64,000 nucleotides of DNA, from positions 40,922,001 through 40,986,000 of the forward strand of contig NC_087437.1 in NCBI RefSeq assembly GCF_036321535.1, given 5' to 3'. Position numbers and translations under genes: made by a program. Under the pieces are notes generated by a model that ran no database searches, was not told the origin of the DNA, and worked only from the letters and a program-made list of their open reading frames with translations. Shown in pieces: positions 50,940 to 63,091 of this stretch. Within the stretch, counting starts at the first letter, position 1. Every line of letters starts with the position of its first letter. The stretch is from Camelus dromedarius (taxonomy: Eukaryota).

Positions 50940-51390
50940 AGTGCTCTGACACATACCGGTGGGTGGAAATGGAGGTAGATTAATACAAACATCTTGAAGG
51001 ACAATTTGACAACATCTATTAGCATTTCAAACCCACGAGTACTAAAACCTATAGGCAAGGACAGTCACACAAGCACCATGTGGAGTCACAAAAACTGTCA
51101 GCAACCTAAATGTCCAGTGCTAGGTGACTAATGTAATGCATACAATGAAATATATATAACTATTAAAAGTTAGAAATCTAAATATACTGACATGGGATTA
51201 TCTCCAAGACATGCTTGCACATACATGTATAAAAACACCTCAAGATGAATGCTGGTAACAATTATTGTCTCTCAGAAGAAATGGGACGGGAGGAGGAAGA
51301 CACACTTTTCATTGTATACCCTTTTCATTTAAATTGATTTTTTTTAACCATCTATACATATTATCTGTAAATAAAAAATCCAATAAATTC
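50940..51390 (+). mobile_element. L1ME4-like 3' fragment (approximate)
   Basis: ggacaatttgacaacatctatt...caacctaaatgtccag...cttttcattgtatacccttt. Confidence 0.5.
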
Positions 51391-51526
51391 AATGTTTTGT
51401 AAAATTTTTGAAACAGAAGTTATATACCAAAAGTACACAAACCGTAAGTGTTAAGAACAATAATCTTTTATAAAGTTAATATAACCAAGTAAGAAAAACT
51501 CGTATCAAGAACAAAAGCACTACTGG

Positions 51527-51948
51527 TGTATATTTAAAAGAAAGTCCCAGCCACTTAAAATGCCTACCTGTAAATATTTCAGTGTGTCTCCTGCACAAAG
51601 ATTTCTACCTCAGGTGGTACCAGAGGATATGAAATGGAGAATCTCAGGCATGCACCCTCAGGAAAATAAAACTTAAGAACTGAAAGACTGATTTCCCAAA
51701 ACTTTTCTCCTGACCAATGAGCATCCTCCAAGAATCCCTCCCCAGTTTCAACGGACTTACTGCTGGGACTCTGGCTGAACTCCCCTCTCTCTTCACTTTT
51801 TTCCCATAAATACAGCCTGCCCCCAACCCTCAATGCACTCTCCTAAAGCTTGGTGTGTCCCAGATTGCAATTCCTCTGCTATTACCAAATAAACTCAATG
51901 TCTAATAATTTGAGTTTGCCTCAGTTTATCTCTTTGATTTAGATGGAC
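51527..51948 (+). mobile_element. ERV LTR (5' boundary uncertain)
   Basis: CCAAT (~51714), cataaata TATA-like element (~51806), gattgcaattcctctgctattaccaAATAAActc, ending ...ggaca. Confidence 0.6.
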
Positions 51949-53629
51949 ACTCTTAACATATACCATAATAGCATTAAAAAAAACATAAAAACGTAGCTAT
52001 ATCATTTTCATACCCAATAAAATTAATAATTAGAGTTTTAAATATTTAATGCTTAAATTTTTTAATACCCAGTTCATGGGTTTTTTTGTTTTGTTTTTTG
52101 CTTACCTCAGAAATGTCTATTGATGCTTGACTTATTTGAGTCATGATACAAGAAGGCCCACATATTATATTTGGTTGATTTTTCTCTTAAATCTTTTTAT
52201 TCTGAAATAGTCCCATCCCCTTTGGTTAATGCTACTTCTCTGTTGTTAAAGAAACTGGTTGTTCATCTTGCAGAATTTCTCACATCCTGCATATGGCCGG
52301 CTGAAATCCTCCTGGTTCCGTTCAACAAGCTCTTTATCCACAGGCCCTTTTTTTTTAAGCCAGCAGACAGACCTAGAGAGACTCCATACGCTTTCTTGTG
52401 TTGGTAAATAAAAGTGCTCTGTGATGCAGTATGCTTGGGAAATGCTGTATACTTTTGCAAATCAACACATGGAGATTCACAAATAAAGAACTGGAAAGTC
52501 ACAGTGTGAGGAAACGTTTAATTTTGCTTAACTCTGCTTTCCCCCCGTGTTTGGCTTCATTACTGTTGCTGTACTGCCTGTTACATTCACGTGGAACGAG
52601 AGTCCTGTTTTACACACTGGTAAACACTGGAGTAGAAGATCTGGTCTTCTCAGAATCCACGACACGCTGCAGATGCTCACGAACATCTGCTGATAGACTG
52701 ATCCAGCAGACATTTACTGTGCGTCTCCTATTTATGGAGTACTATTCCTGAAAACACTATTCCTGTTCTCAAGAAATAAGACTGAGTTGATGAATCAGCA
52801 GGTGTCCAGGAAGTAAACACACGTGCTCATTTAAAGGAAAAGACAGTGAAAAATCAGCTGTGTACACTGCAGCCGTGGAGTGGGATGGCCCGGTGGGGCT
52901 CACGGGAGGTAAGCTCCAGCGGTGAGGTCAGCTTTGGAGATGAGCAAGAAGAACTGGCAGCAAGTCAGAGCTGAGAGAGACCCCAGAAATCACCTGGTCT
53001 TGGCTCTTCATTTACAAAGGACATGAAGCCCAGGAACAGGAAAGGACTGGCCTGGCTAAGGAGGGACACAGCTTAGGACTAAAACCCAGATGTTCCTGCT
53101 GCTAAATTTAATAATACCCTGAGTAGGTCCCATTCAAGATTCTTTTTTTTTTTTTTCCTTTTGATAGGTAAACTATTTTGTTTTGTTTTCCCTTTGGAAG
53201 ATTTAAGATTTCTCTTTATACTCTGGAGTTCTGGAATTTCTTCAGGATGTGTCTAAGTATGAGCTTTTCCCTTCATTCTGTGAGGCCTTACAGTCAGCCT
53301 TTCTAATGTGACGATCCAAGTTTCCTTAGGCTGAGGGAAACTTTCTTCAGTTCCTTGCATTTCTCTCTCTGGCCCAGTTGTTTCAATTTGTTCATCAAAA
53401 TCTTTTTTACCCCCGTTGATGTTTTATTCATTTTGGGTCATCCTTGGCTGATCCTTCCACATTTATGAAGGAAAGTTACTGTCAGTTATCTGGCTTTGGA
53501 TTCTTTTGTAGTTATATGGTTTTGTTAACACAGAAAGACACACAGAAATAAATCTGACCTCGAGATAGTCACAGTCTAGTGAGGGAGGAAAACAAGTAAA
53601 CCAAAAATTCTATCCAAGTGTTAGAATGC

Positions 53630-54200
53630 CTGTTGTGCAGCTTAAGCAAAAAGAAAAAGGTGGTAGCATTAGTTTGTGTGCCAGAAAATTCCAAGTGTGC
53701 CCCTCCTCCAACTTCAGTAGCTGCCCTGGCTCCTCCAAGGAGGGCTGGAAGCGGAGGGGCTGGCCGAGAAAGGGTAAGGGCAGAAAAGTCTGACCTAAGA
53801 GCAACGGTTTGGTGGTATGCCTCTCTGGACAGGGAAGTTCAAGCCTTATTCTTTATCTTGAAGGATAATGCTTTGGTATTCTGGCCCTAGATAGCTAAGA
53901 TGCATATCTAAGGAATAACTTCAATGAACCCCAAGTCTTGTATCTTCCCATTCGTGGAAAAGCATTAAAATCATTAACTTGAGACTTTTGCTCTGTGATC
54001 AGCAGTGATCTTTTGACGTTCGACTACATGTTTTTTCCAAGCAAAAATCCTCAAATATATCCTGGCTCCTCCCTCACCTCTTTGGAGCAGTTCCTCAGAG
54101 CTATTTGAGAGGCTATCTTCTGGGCTATAGTCCCCAGTAAGGTCCAGGAATAAAACTTAACTCACAACTTTCATGTTGTGTGTTTCTCTTTCAGTCGACA
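53630..54200 (+). mobile_element. ERV1 solo LTR with a MER41-related R/U5 (5' boundary approximate)
   Basis: cctctttggagcagttcctcagagctatttgagaggctat...gAATAAAacttaactc...tttcagtcgaCA; same type of end as the 31304-31768 element. Confidence 0.7.
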
Positions 54201-55644
54201 ATACATATCTGAACTTCTCAAAGATTTATCAGTGAGAATCTTAATCTGCCACACTTGTGACATGGGTAGTGCCTTGCCTTGGAATTTTCACTTACCACTT
54301 GTAGCCTCTGCATACTTGGTAGTTCATTCTACGCAGATTCCTCTTATTTGGGGTCCCATCTCTCTCCCAAGTAGTCCTCTTAAGGGGACACAAACTTATC
54401 CTGGCCGGGTCCTTCTTCATGGACCACATCTGGTCCAGGAGAAACACCCTTACATATGTGGACATGCATCTTTCATTGCCTTGATGTAGGTAAACTGCTC
54501 CAGCCACCGCCTTGGGCCTTAATTTCTTGAGGATGAGTCAAAAACACCTGGAAGTCTTCAACTCCTCATATGTCCTAGAAGCAGGTAGTAAAGTAAGGCT
54601 TAGAACTGGAACCTATGCACCTCCTTTGCAAGCTCCACAGAGATTGTAAACTCCTTACTTTGGAAAGTGGGGAAATTTGTCACCTTTAATTTTGTTCACA
54701 GTTTCTGGGACCTCAGCTGAAAAGGAAGAGAAAACGTTCCATCGTAAAAGCTTGTTTCATGCCTAAATGAAAAGTATAGGAGTGATGAAGTATGGAAACT
54801 TCCATGCTGTTTCTAGAAAGCAGTGGGCCAGCTCTCATGATTAACTTTATTACAACAAAGTTATGTACCTATTAAGCCAGTTTGTGGGTCTCAAGCAGTA
54901 GAACAAAACAAGGCAAAACAAAACACAACACTGGTTTCCCTAAGAAGCTGAAAGGAGGCAGTTGAACGTGCATCACTGTGACAAAGGGCTGCCTGGCAGA
55001 GAGAAGCTGAGAAACACTTTACACTAGGGCATTTACAGAGAGTGAGCAGAGTCATAGACATGGACTTTATTAGCTGTGCGGCCACAGCGAGACAGTTTAG
55101 CACTCTAAGCCTTTGGTTTTCTGACTTGTAAAAGGGAAATAAAAGCAACGTGAAGGATGGCTGTAGAGGTCAAATGAAATATTCAGTAAAGACTGAAATA
55201 GAAGGCCCTCCACGGGCAGTAGCCACCATCACCATAATTCTCAGTCTAGAATCCCTTCCTCTTTCCTTGCTCCGTCAATCCCCACTCTTCCTTAAAGACA
55301 GCTCAGAGTCAGCCACCTTTTCCAGAAGGCTCTCCTGGACTCCCTTTCCCACGCGTTACGGTATAGGTGCTCCCAAAGCACCTTGTGATGTGTCTATGTG
55401 GCACTAATCACACTAACCTGAAACTGTAAACTTGCTTTCCCCATTAGAACTGTGAGCTCCTTGAGTACAGAGGACACGGTACTCCTGAGAGTACGGCTCT
55501 GAGGGCGGGGCCTGGAAGAACAGAAATCAAAGGCTGCACACGTGCGAGATGTGTGGGATCTGCACAGTTCACACCATCCTGCCTCAGAGAGGTAGGGAAA
55601 GAGCAGTTGTATTACTGGTTCCCTCCCTTGGGAGAACAAAATCA

Positions 55645-55705
55645 GTGTGTGTGTGTGTGTGTGTGTGTGTGTCTGTGTGTGTGTCTGTGTCTGTGTCTAT
55701 CTATC
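55645..55705. repeat. Compound (GT)n/(GTCTGT)n/(CTAT)n microsatellite
   Basis: Direct observation. Confidence 0.9.
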
Positions 55706-56084
55706 GACCATCAATCAAAACTGAGATAGCAGATCCCTGATCCCCAGTCTGGTTCTTTGACTCACTGAACTCTGAGGCAGCAAAAAGCTTTAGTGCCTCC
55801 TTAAGGGGTGGAGGTGGGGGGTGGGGCACATATCTCAAGGAGCTTGTGTGTCTTAAAAAATGTATACAACATTGTAAGTTCATATTTGGAAAAGTTAAAG
55901 AAGAACCTTACTCTGTTGCATCTTGGGATGGGAACCCCAAAAGCCCTTGGTTCTCTTGGTGAGGATATTTGTGCATCAGTCGTGTCACGGGGAGAGCAAA
56001 CAGAACTGGGGCAGGGAAACATGAGGTGTGTCTATCAAAGGGAGGCAAGCCTTACTGGAGTCTGACAAACACTGACCTATTTCC

Positions 56085-56215
56085 AACCACTTATTTGCAT
56101 ACAGATGAGGAAAGTGAGGCCCAGGAGGTAAAGTGCGTCAAGGTCACACAGCTAGCAGGCAGCAGAGGCAGGACTTGTGACCCCCAGATTATTCGTGTTC
56201 CTCCACTGCACCACA
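56085..56215 (-). mobile_element. MIR fragment
   Basis: acagatgaggaaagtgaggcccaggaggtaaagtgcgtcaaggtcacacagctag. Confidence 0.75.
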
Positions 56216-56599
56216 GCCTGACCACAGCCCTGTGTGGCGAAGAAGTGGCACAGGCCTAGGGCAGGAGGGGCACTGGGTGAGCACTGAGAGGTAGAAGGAT
56301 GGTGTGATCCTGGGAAAGCCAGGTGTCTGAGACCCAGTTTGCTCCTGTGCAAAATGGGCAAGATAACATTCTGCCACACAGGGCTGCTGAAGGATCCAAA
56401 GACAAGTTCCCTTCTAAACTGCAACACATTATTTTAAAGAGGCCTTTCTAGCATTTTAATCATCCAGCTTGTAAAAGAGTGGCAGCATAGTCACAAATAA
56501 GGATTTCCAGACAAGTAGGAAAATTAATGCTAATCAATTCCTGAGCACTTTCTAATCAGCAGTAATGGTGTAAGTATGTAGCCACATGGGAAAAAAAGA

Positions 56600-58850
56600 G
56601 AGGTAAAATTAGATCTACTTCTCCAATTGTAAACCAGGATAAATTCTAAATAGAGACCTAAATTTAAAAAATGAAACCATACAAGCACTAGGAGAAAACA
56701 TGAATGAATTCTTCAATAACCTGGAAATAGGGAAAACTTTTCTAACCATGACTAAAAATTCTGAAGCAATAAGGAAGATTAATAGATTTAACTGCATTAA
56801 ATAATACTTCAACAAGACAAAAAATACCATAAATATGGGGAAAAGACAAATTCAAATTAAAAAGAAAATTTGCAACTTACATCACAGACAAGAGCTTAAT
56901 AGCCTTAATATAGAGGGAGCTTCTAAAAATGAAAAATAAAAAGACCAGGAATCCCATATATATCCTAGAGATACAAACAGGCAGCCCACAGAAAAGGAAA
57001 AGCAAGTGGTCTTTATTAGTGATACTTAACCTCACTCATAAGAGAAATGCAAAGTATCCTGCAACAATGTTTTATCAAGCAAAAATACCCAAATTGGACA
57101 GTACAATCTGTTGGTGAGTCCATGGGGAAATGGACATTTTCATGTTGCTGATGGGAAGGTAAAATGGTAGAACCCTCATGGAGGGAAATTTGACAATATA
57201 TAGTGAAATTATACATTGATTTATCTTTTGACCTAGGAGTCTCACTTCTGAGAATCTACTCCAAAGATTTACCGGCAAAAACTTGAAAATGCATGTGCAT
57301 GAGGCTTTTAATTGCAGCACTATTTATAGTAGTGAAAGCTTGGAAACAACTCGAGTGCCCATCAGTAGGGAACTGGGTGACTAAAGTACAGTACACCCAC
57401 TTGGGAGTGAGGGCTCCAGGATATTATTAAGTGAAAAAAAGTAGTGTGGAGAAAAGTGAGTCCAGTAAGCTACTATCATTTAACTAATGGTGTATATCTT
57501 TTAAAAAAAAATGGATGGATAAACCATGATATTCTTTTTAAATGGCTAACTGCAGGGGAAGGGAGGAAACAGAATGGAGGGGACTAATACAGGAGCTAGA
57601 CTTTAAGCATACTTGTTTTGGACTTGTGGAACCTTGTAAATATTTCACAGAATTATAAAACACAAAAAGATTTTAAGCAAACTTAAAAAAAAAAATCAGA
57701 AGTAAAATGAAACAAATAAACCTGTGCGTCAGGTTTGTGCCAAAACCATAGAGAGATGAGTCACTTCCAGTGACTTGTAAAACACACGACTTCGTTCATT
57801 CCTAGTGGGATACACCATCAGGACAAAAAGAGCTGTGAAACAATCTGCAGAGTCATTGTATTGTAGGTAGCAATGCTGGTTTTGCTTTTTTGAGACTATT
57901 ATGTGTGGTCCATGAGGCAAGCAAATGAGTATTTATGTTGGTGTCATTGACATTTTCAGCATGGAAAAAAGCAAGTATGTCTACACAACAGATGATGTAA
58001 AAACCCTGTCATCCTAAATTTGAATTGAATTATACTGATAAACTCATTAAGTGTTTTCCCTTGAAAAACAAAAATGTATGTATTTCCTTGCTCTGTTCAC
58101 TGAAAAGATCTAAAAACAATGACCATCCCAGTAACAATGAGCGCGTCTAGCACCTAGAAGGTGATCCAGGGCTCTTTGGAAAAATGGGTGATTCCAGATC
58201 TGGGGAAGGAAATTTGGAAGTGCCTGGAACAACTTATATCAGGAACCAAGGAAACAATAAAGCACTAGCGAGGTCACGTCAAAGAAACTCAGGAGCCAAA
58301 CTGAAGAGGCTCTCATTGGTCAAAGATGGGACCATTTGAGTCAATAAAAGTAATCGCAATGGATTAGGACATACTGAATACTTTTACAGCATGGCTTCAG
58401 ATACTAAGACAAAACAAAACCAAAAAACAAAGAAACAGAACTTCTCACTGATCACCTTTAGAGGATACCTGCTCGGGAATCAACTTTAAAAGTAATACAC
58501 AAGAGAAAATAAGCAAGCACTTATCTTTCTTACAGGAGCTGTACCTCAGTCAGGGTTGATTAAGAGCAGCACCTCTTTTAGGCCATTTCAGTCCATAAAT
58601 TTTAGAATGATAGAGTATTATCATTCAGGAAGCTTCAAGGAAACAGTGAATCCAGGCAGTTGTCATCAGTGGTACGAATGTGACAAAAGAGAAAACCAAA
58701 CATCCTACCTCTTAACAGATGTGCACAGTGACACCTGTAAGTATTCTAGCCCCCACCAAATTAAATTTCAATCTAATATTTGATCAAGCTTATGGATCTA
58801 TCAATTCACAGGAAACACAGTGGGCAGAGGTGGGGGAAGCAACTAACGTG
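56600..58850 (+). mobile_element. Old L1ME/MC-type ORF2 3' end and long 3'UTR (approximate)
   Basis: aaccatacaagcactaggagaaaacatg...aacctggaaatagggaaaactttcta...ttggaaacaactcgagtgcccatcagtaggg. Confidence 0.7.
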
Positions 58851-59625
58851 GCCTAAATTGAACTTTCCTCCTACTCTTGCCTTCTTCCCTTGTTACCCAA
58901 CTCAGCAAACGCCACCTTCTAAGCCCACTGTATGTCACCCTTGACACTTCTCCCTTACCAATGTTCATCACCAAGTCCCACAAACTTTATCCTCTACAAG
59001 AATCTCTAAAATCTACCTACTTCTTCCATCTCCACCATCTCAGTCCTGACTACCGCTATCCACAGGATACTGCCATGGCCTCCTGTCTCCTTGAATCCAG
59101 TGACTGCCACTGGAAACCATTCGTCGTAATGCAGCCACTGATCTTTTTCAAAATGCACTCCTCATTGCATCTCACCACCCTCAAGGCACTTGAAATTCAG
59201 TAGCCTTCCACTGCTCTCAAGATTAAAAGCATCAACTTCTGCCCTGCATGGGCTAGTTTCTACTTGCTTTTCCAGGTTCTTCTTATAAACCAATCACTTT
59301 ATTTCAGATGCAGTGTATAGCAACCAGATTCCCGACGTTCTGAGAATTTGATCTATGCTGTTCCCTCTGCCTGGAACACCATTCTCTTTACCAAGAGATT
59401 ACCTATCCTAGGTCAGCTCAAACACTTCCTCAGTTGCCTTCCTTGACTGCATCAAATTCCTTTTAAATAGCCCCTCCTTTGTTGTACTTGAGATTTTATG
59501 TAATTATTTGGTGTTTCCCTCACCATACCAGGAAACAGTTTTTATTCCACTGCACCCACAATGCTCAACAGAACAAGCACAGTTGGATGTTTGTAACTAT
59601 TGGTGGAAAACATGAACAATTCAAA
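58850..59625 (+). mobile_element. L2 fragment
   Basis: gtcacccttgacacttctcc...tgctgttccctctgcctggaacacc...; ends ttggtggaaaacatgaa. Confidence 0.7.
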
Positions 59626-60832
59626 GAGCACGCAGAGTTAAGGTAAGGCCTGCTGTGCATCAATTCTGGGGAGTACTTAAACAAGCTCTTAATAAGGGAA
59701 ATAAAATTCCTGAAACATTCCCAAACCAATTATATCAATCAGTATTAGGGTGCAATAGTCAAGACCTATATGGCAATGATTCCATTGGTATCAGGGCCCA
59801 GGGCCCATTTAAGTACCTGAGGTACTAACACCACCTTCACCTTAAAAGTAGAAAAAGGCACATAACTTGGCACTGGAAAACCAAACTGATACGGCTAATA
59901 CCCCTTCCCATTATTCTCTCCTCTCCTGCAATTTGGATTTTGACAAACCATTCTGCTTAACACGTTGATTGCCACGTCACCCAAACCTGGGGTGTTTTCT
60001 CAGGGGCCCTGTCACCCAGATGGGTGATGCTTTCCTTCATCCAATTATGCAGGTTTTTACAAGTAATTTGCAACAGTTTTCATTTGTAATACACTTAATA
60101 ATAACATAAGTATATACACAAAAATATTTTCTTTTTAACAAAATTATGTAAGATTATGTTGCTTTCTTATGATATTCACCAAGAATTTATACAAAGCTGT
60201 GGTGTTTTGGGACAACTAGGACAGTATGTTCCTGTCTTTTTAAACTTTTTTCTAGCTTGTCTTGAAAATAAGAAATTGTTTAGAACAATTCCAATTATAC
60301 TGGGAAAGACAGATTAACTATGAGCACATATATGATTAGAGCCTCACACTGTGGTGAAACGTGCATTTGGGCCCTGCAGGAAACATACCCAATCCACAGT
60401 GGGCGTCAGCGTTAAACAGCTCTCTAAGGTCACTTGATTTGGGAGAGTCTATCCACTGCTAAGTTTTAAGCAACTGAAAACCAACATTTTTATAATGATC
60501 AGTGCAGTGGAGTTGCATGAAGATTTGAACCGTCTGAGTAAACTTCAATTTTTCACACAAGAACCACGGAAGAGTACAGATGTAAGTTTTGAGTTTCTAG
60601 TGCCTACAAGGCATTTGGATGGAGATCTCTAATAGGCAATCAAACACTTGCTTACACCAGTACCATGCTCAACTCAGAACCTTTATGCTAATTAGAAAAG
60701 TTGCTCCTATGAAGTAAAGTGCAGGAGCGATTTAATACTGAACACCTATGTGCAAGAACTGTTCAAGGCACTCAGGACTGCAGTTACAAACTGTACAAAG
60801 GTATTTGAGACTGTCACGAGAATTTTAAATAT

Positions 60833-60838
60833 TTTATT
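60833..60838 (-). terminator. Candidate distal polyadenylation signal AATAAA
   Basis: AATAAA about 300 nt after the stop, with TGTA upstream (~60890) and TTTGT/GTTTGT downstream on the minus strand. Confidence 0.4.
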
Positions 60839-61102
60839 ATATAAAGTTATGCCCCAAATTGTGCTTCATTTTTTCCTATACTATACTGGTACATTTTAAA
60901 AAGCAATACAGTTCAGAAATCCTGGGGGAAATTCCACTTAGCTATTTAAATATTGCTTATAGAAAATATTAAAGGAAAGCTAGCACCATGTAAACAGTAT
61001 ATACTTAAATCGAATGCTTAACAGAGTACAATGCTTTTCATTCACTGATAAACCAAAGGTCAATTTCTAGATGTCTTTTCCTCTTGTACATATGTCACTT
61101 GT

Positions 61103-61108
61103 TTTATT
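61103..61108 (-). terminator. Proximal polyadenylation signal AATAAA of RPL22L1
   Basis: tttatt on the plus strand, about 33 nt downstream of the stop codon. Confidence 0.7.
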
Positions 61109-61140
61109 AGCAAGCAAAGCCCTATAATGGGTGGCTTCAC

Positions 61141-61285
61141 CTAATCCTCAGACTCAGATCCATCTTCATCTTGACTAATCTGGAAATAACGAAGTTCGTA
61201 AGTCTCCTTGTCAGATGCAACCACACGAAGCCAATCACGAAGATTGTTCTTTTTAAGGTATTTCTTGGTTAGATACTTCAAATAC
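61141..61285 (-). CDS. RPL22L1: RPL22L1 last coding exon (145 nt CDS): (R)[47 protein letters not shown]
   Basis: eL22 signature [23 protein letters not shown] with the paralog-type acidic tail. Acceptor tttttttaaAG (61287-61286), TAG at 61143-61141. With a 3-codon exon 1 the protein totals 122 aa. Confidence 0.97.
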
Positions 61286-61589
61286 CTTTAAAAAAAACAT
61301 GAATTTCATAAAACATAGTATCTACTATGTAAAGGCTTATTATTTAAGACATGCATTGTCATATTCATCTTGTGTGTTCCCAGTTCCCTCCACAATATTT
61401 TCTTTCATTTGTATTAAGCATTGTGCAAGGTTGCTAGGAATACAGTAAGGGAGCATCTCAACCTCAATTAGAACCAGTTTATGCCCCACAAACCCTTTAT
61501 CTCCCACCCCCCAAATAAACTTTATGTTGGAGACCCATGCAGGAGAGCAGTAATAGTACCTTCCTCTTCAGTCTTACTGCTACATTAAA

Positions 61590-62270
61590 AAAAATTAACA
61601 TACAGTTCTCATTCTTCAAATATCTTGTACTAAAATGTCAACATTCCCTCCACCATGATCAGCTCCCCTAGCCTCATTCCCATCTGAACTACCAAGCATT
61701 CCTCTCAAACCTCCCTGCCTCTTGCTGTCAGTGCCACTCCCTCTGCTAGAAATACCCCATTCCCCTGGCAACACTAAGCTTATCCTCAGCTTCTCTGAAA
61801 ATCCTTGTGCCCTATGACAAAGATACAGCAATTACCGAATTGCATGTGTAACAACTATCCACATGTCTATATGATCCTTGAGGACAGATACTTCATCTCC
61901 AAATCCCTAGTGATTAACTCACGACCACAGCTAACATGCACTGCTTGCTACCACCTTAGTCCAAGCTACCATCATCTCTTACTGCAACAGTCTAAGTTTT
62001 CAGTTTCCACTACCAAACTTTTTCAGCCATAATGATCAATTCTTTAATTTGCATGGCTCACTGTTGCATTTCATTTAGATGAAATTTTCTGCCCACTTTA
62101 TGCACTTGTTAAGTATTTAATATTGCATTTCATCTCTTCTCCACTAGAATTTAAGCTCCTTGGTGGTGGGTCCTTAGTCTGCTTGGTTCACTGCTAGGCT
62201 GCTCAGTCTTGCAACAGTGCTGCCATGTGTCAAGTATTTAATATCTGTCAAGCAAATTGCATGAACAGAA
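61590..62270 (+). mobile_element. L2 fragments in RPL22L1 intron 3 (approximate)
   Basis: ccaccttagtccaagctaccatcatctct; ccactagaatttaagctccttggtggtggg...gttcactgct. Confidence 0.55.
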
Positions 62271-62708
62271 ACTGGTAGCAAGACTAACGTTAGTGGTTAT
62301 CTGTACTAGATGGCCAAAACTAAGAAAGCTGGCACATCACTCCCCTCTGACACAATAGACAAGTTTCTGGAAACATATTCTAGTATCAAAGCATGCAACA
62401 TTGTTAAAGTTTACGTACAATTTGATTACAGGGCCTCTAATTCACTGGACAGGAGCCCTGGACATAACTTGCCTATATTCCAGCAATAAATCACTTACTG
62501 ACAATCAGCCTAAGTAACTGGCACTGTTACTGAATGTATCTTCCTTTCATACAGCCTTTAATAAGTTCAAAGTACTTCTGACATCTCACTGACCTCATTA
62601 ACAACATACCTGTTTTTGCATGTGAACAGAGAATACTACATTACATATTCTATAAATATTCCACAATTAGTTTCATTTCAAAAAAAATCATGGAAAACGA
62701 ATACCAAC

Positions 62709-62830
62709 CTTTTAGAGAATTGTTTCTCAGAAACAACTGTTATTTTATTCTTGAAGCGTTCAATGTGAACAACATTCCCAAGATTTCCAGTTTTTCCGTT
62801 CACTTTAACCTTCTCACGTAGAAACTGTTC
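62709..62830 (-). CDS. RPL22L1: RPL22L1 coding exon 3 (122 nt): [40 protein letters not shown] plus 2 nt of the Arg codon
   Basis: Contains the eL22 core [10 protein letters not shown]. Acceptor tttttctttttaaaaatAG (62832-62831), donor AG|GTTGGT at 62708. In frame with exon 2. Confidence 0.97.
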
Positions 62831-62897
62831 CTATTTTTAAAAAGAAAAAGTGCCACACTAGGGAAGAAAACCCTAGATATTCACTAGGGAAGGTACC
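62831..62897 (-). other. RPL22L1: Alternative 67-nt 5' extension of RPL22L1 exon 3 via an upstream acceptor (frameshift/PTC isoform)
   Basis: Minus strand TTTTAACCTAAGCTCTATTCCTAG|GGTACC: branch-like TTAAC, pyrimidine tract and AG at 62899-62898. Use adds 67 nt and reaches TGA at 62816-62814. Confidence 0.75.
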
Positions 62898-62901
62898 CTA
62901 G
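62858..62901 (-). promoter_or_regulatory. Twin RNA hairpins in RPL22L1 intron 2 (candidate eL22-binding splicing element)
   Basis: Two perfect 6-bp CTAGGG/CCCTAG stems at 62858-62876 and 62884-62901. On the transcript the loops read UUUUCUU and UACCUU. Confidence 0.65.
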
Positions 62902-62998
62902 GAATAGAGCTTAGGTTAAAATCAAATATTACATACTTAATTCATCATTAAGAACTTTACTATAATGATAAAAACAAACTGACTGAAGTGATACTTAC

Positions 62999-63091
62999 AA
63001 AATTTCCAGAATCAAAAATTCCATCTTCTACTGGATGAGTAAGGTCCAAATTAAACTTCCAGGTTGACTTCTTAGGCTTCTTGTCTTTCTT
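62999..63091 (-). CDS. RPL22L1: RPL22L1 coding exon 2 (93 nt): KKDKKPKKSTWKFNLDLTHPVEDGIFDSGNF
   Basis: Manual minus-strand translation matches the recalled eL22-like 1 N-terminal region. Acceptor tttctgtAG (AG at 63093-63092), donor GTAAGT at 62998, phase 0 at both ends. Exon 1 (expected Met-Ala-Pro) is not in the window. Confidence 0.97.

Noticed and set aside
59970..60030. gtcaccca...tgggtga inverted/direct repeat suggesting a small ncRNA
   Set aside because: Short, with no tRNA, snoRNA or Y-RNA hallmarks; compatible with chance.
62700..62708. Tandem donor GTTG-GT (+4) after exon 3
   Set aside because: The distal site (TTG|GTATTC) is a poor U1 match; no evidence of use.
62999..63091. Reported eL22-binding hairpin within RPL22L1 exon 2
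   Set aside because: I recall such a report but could not assign a specific stem by eye; it needs folding software.
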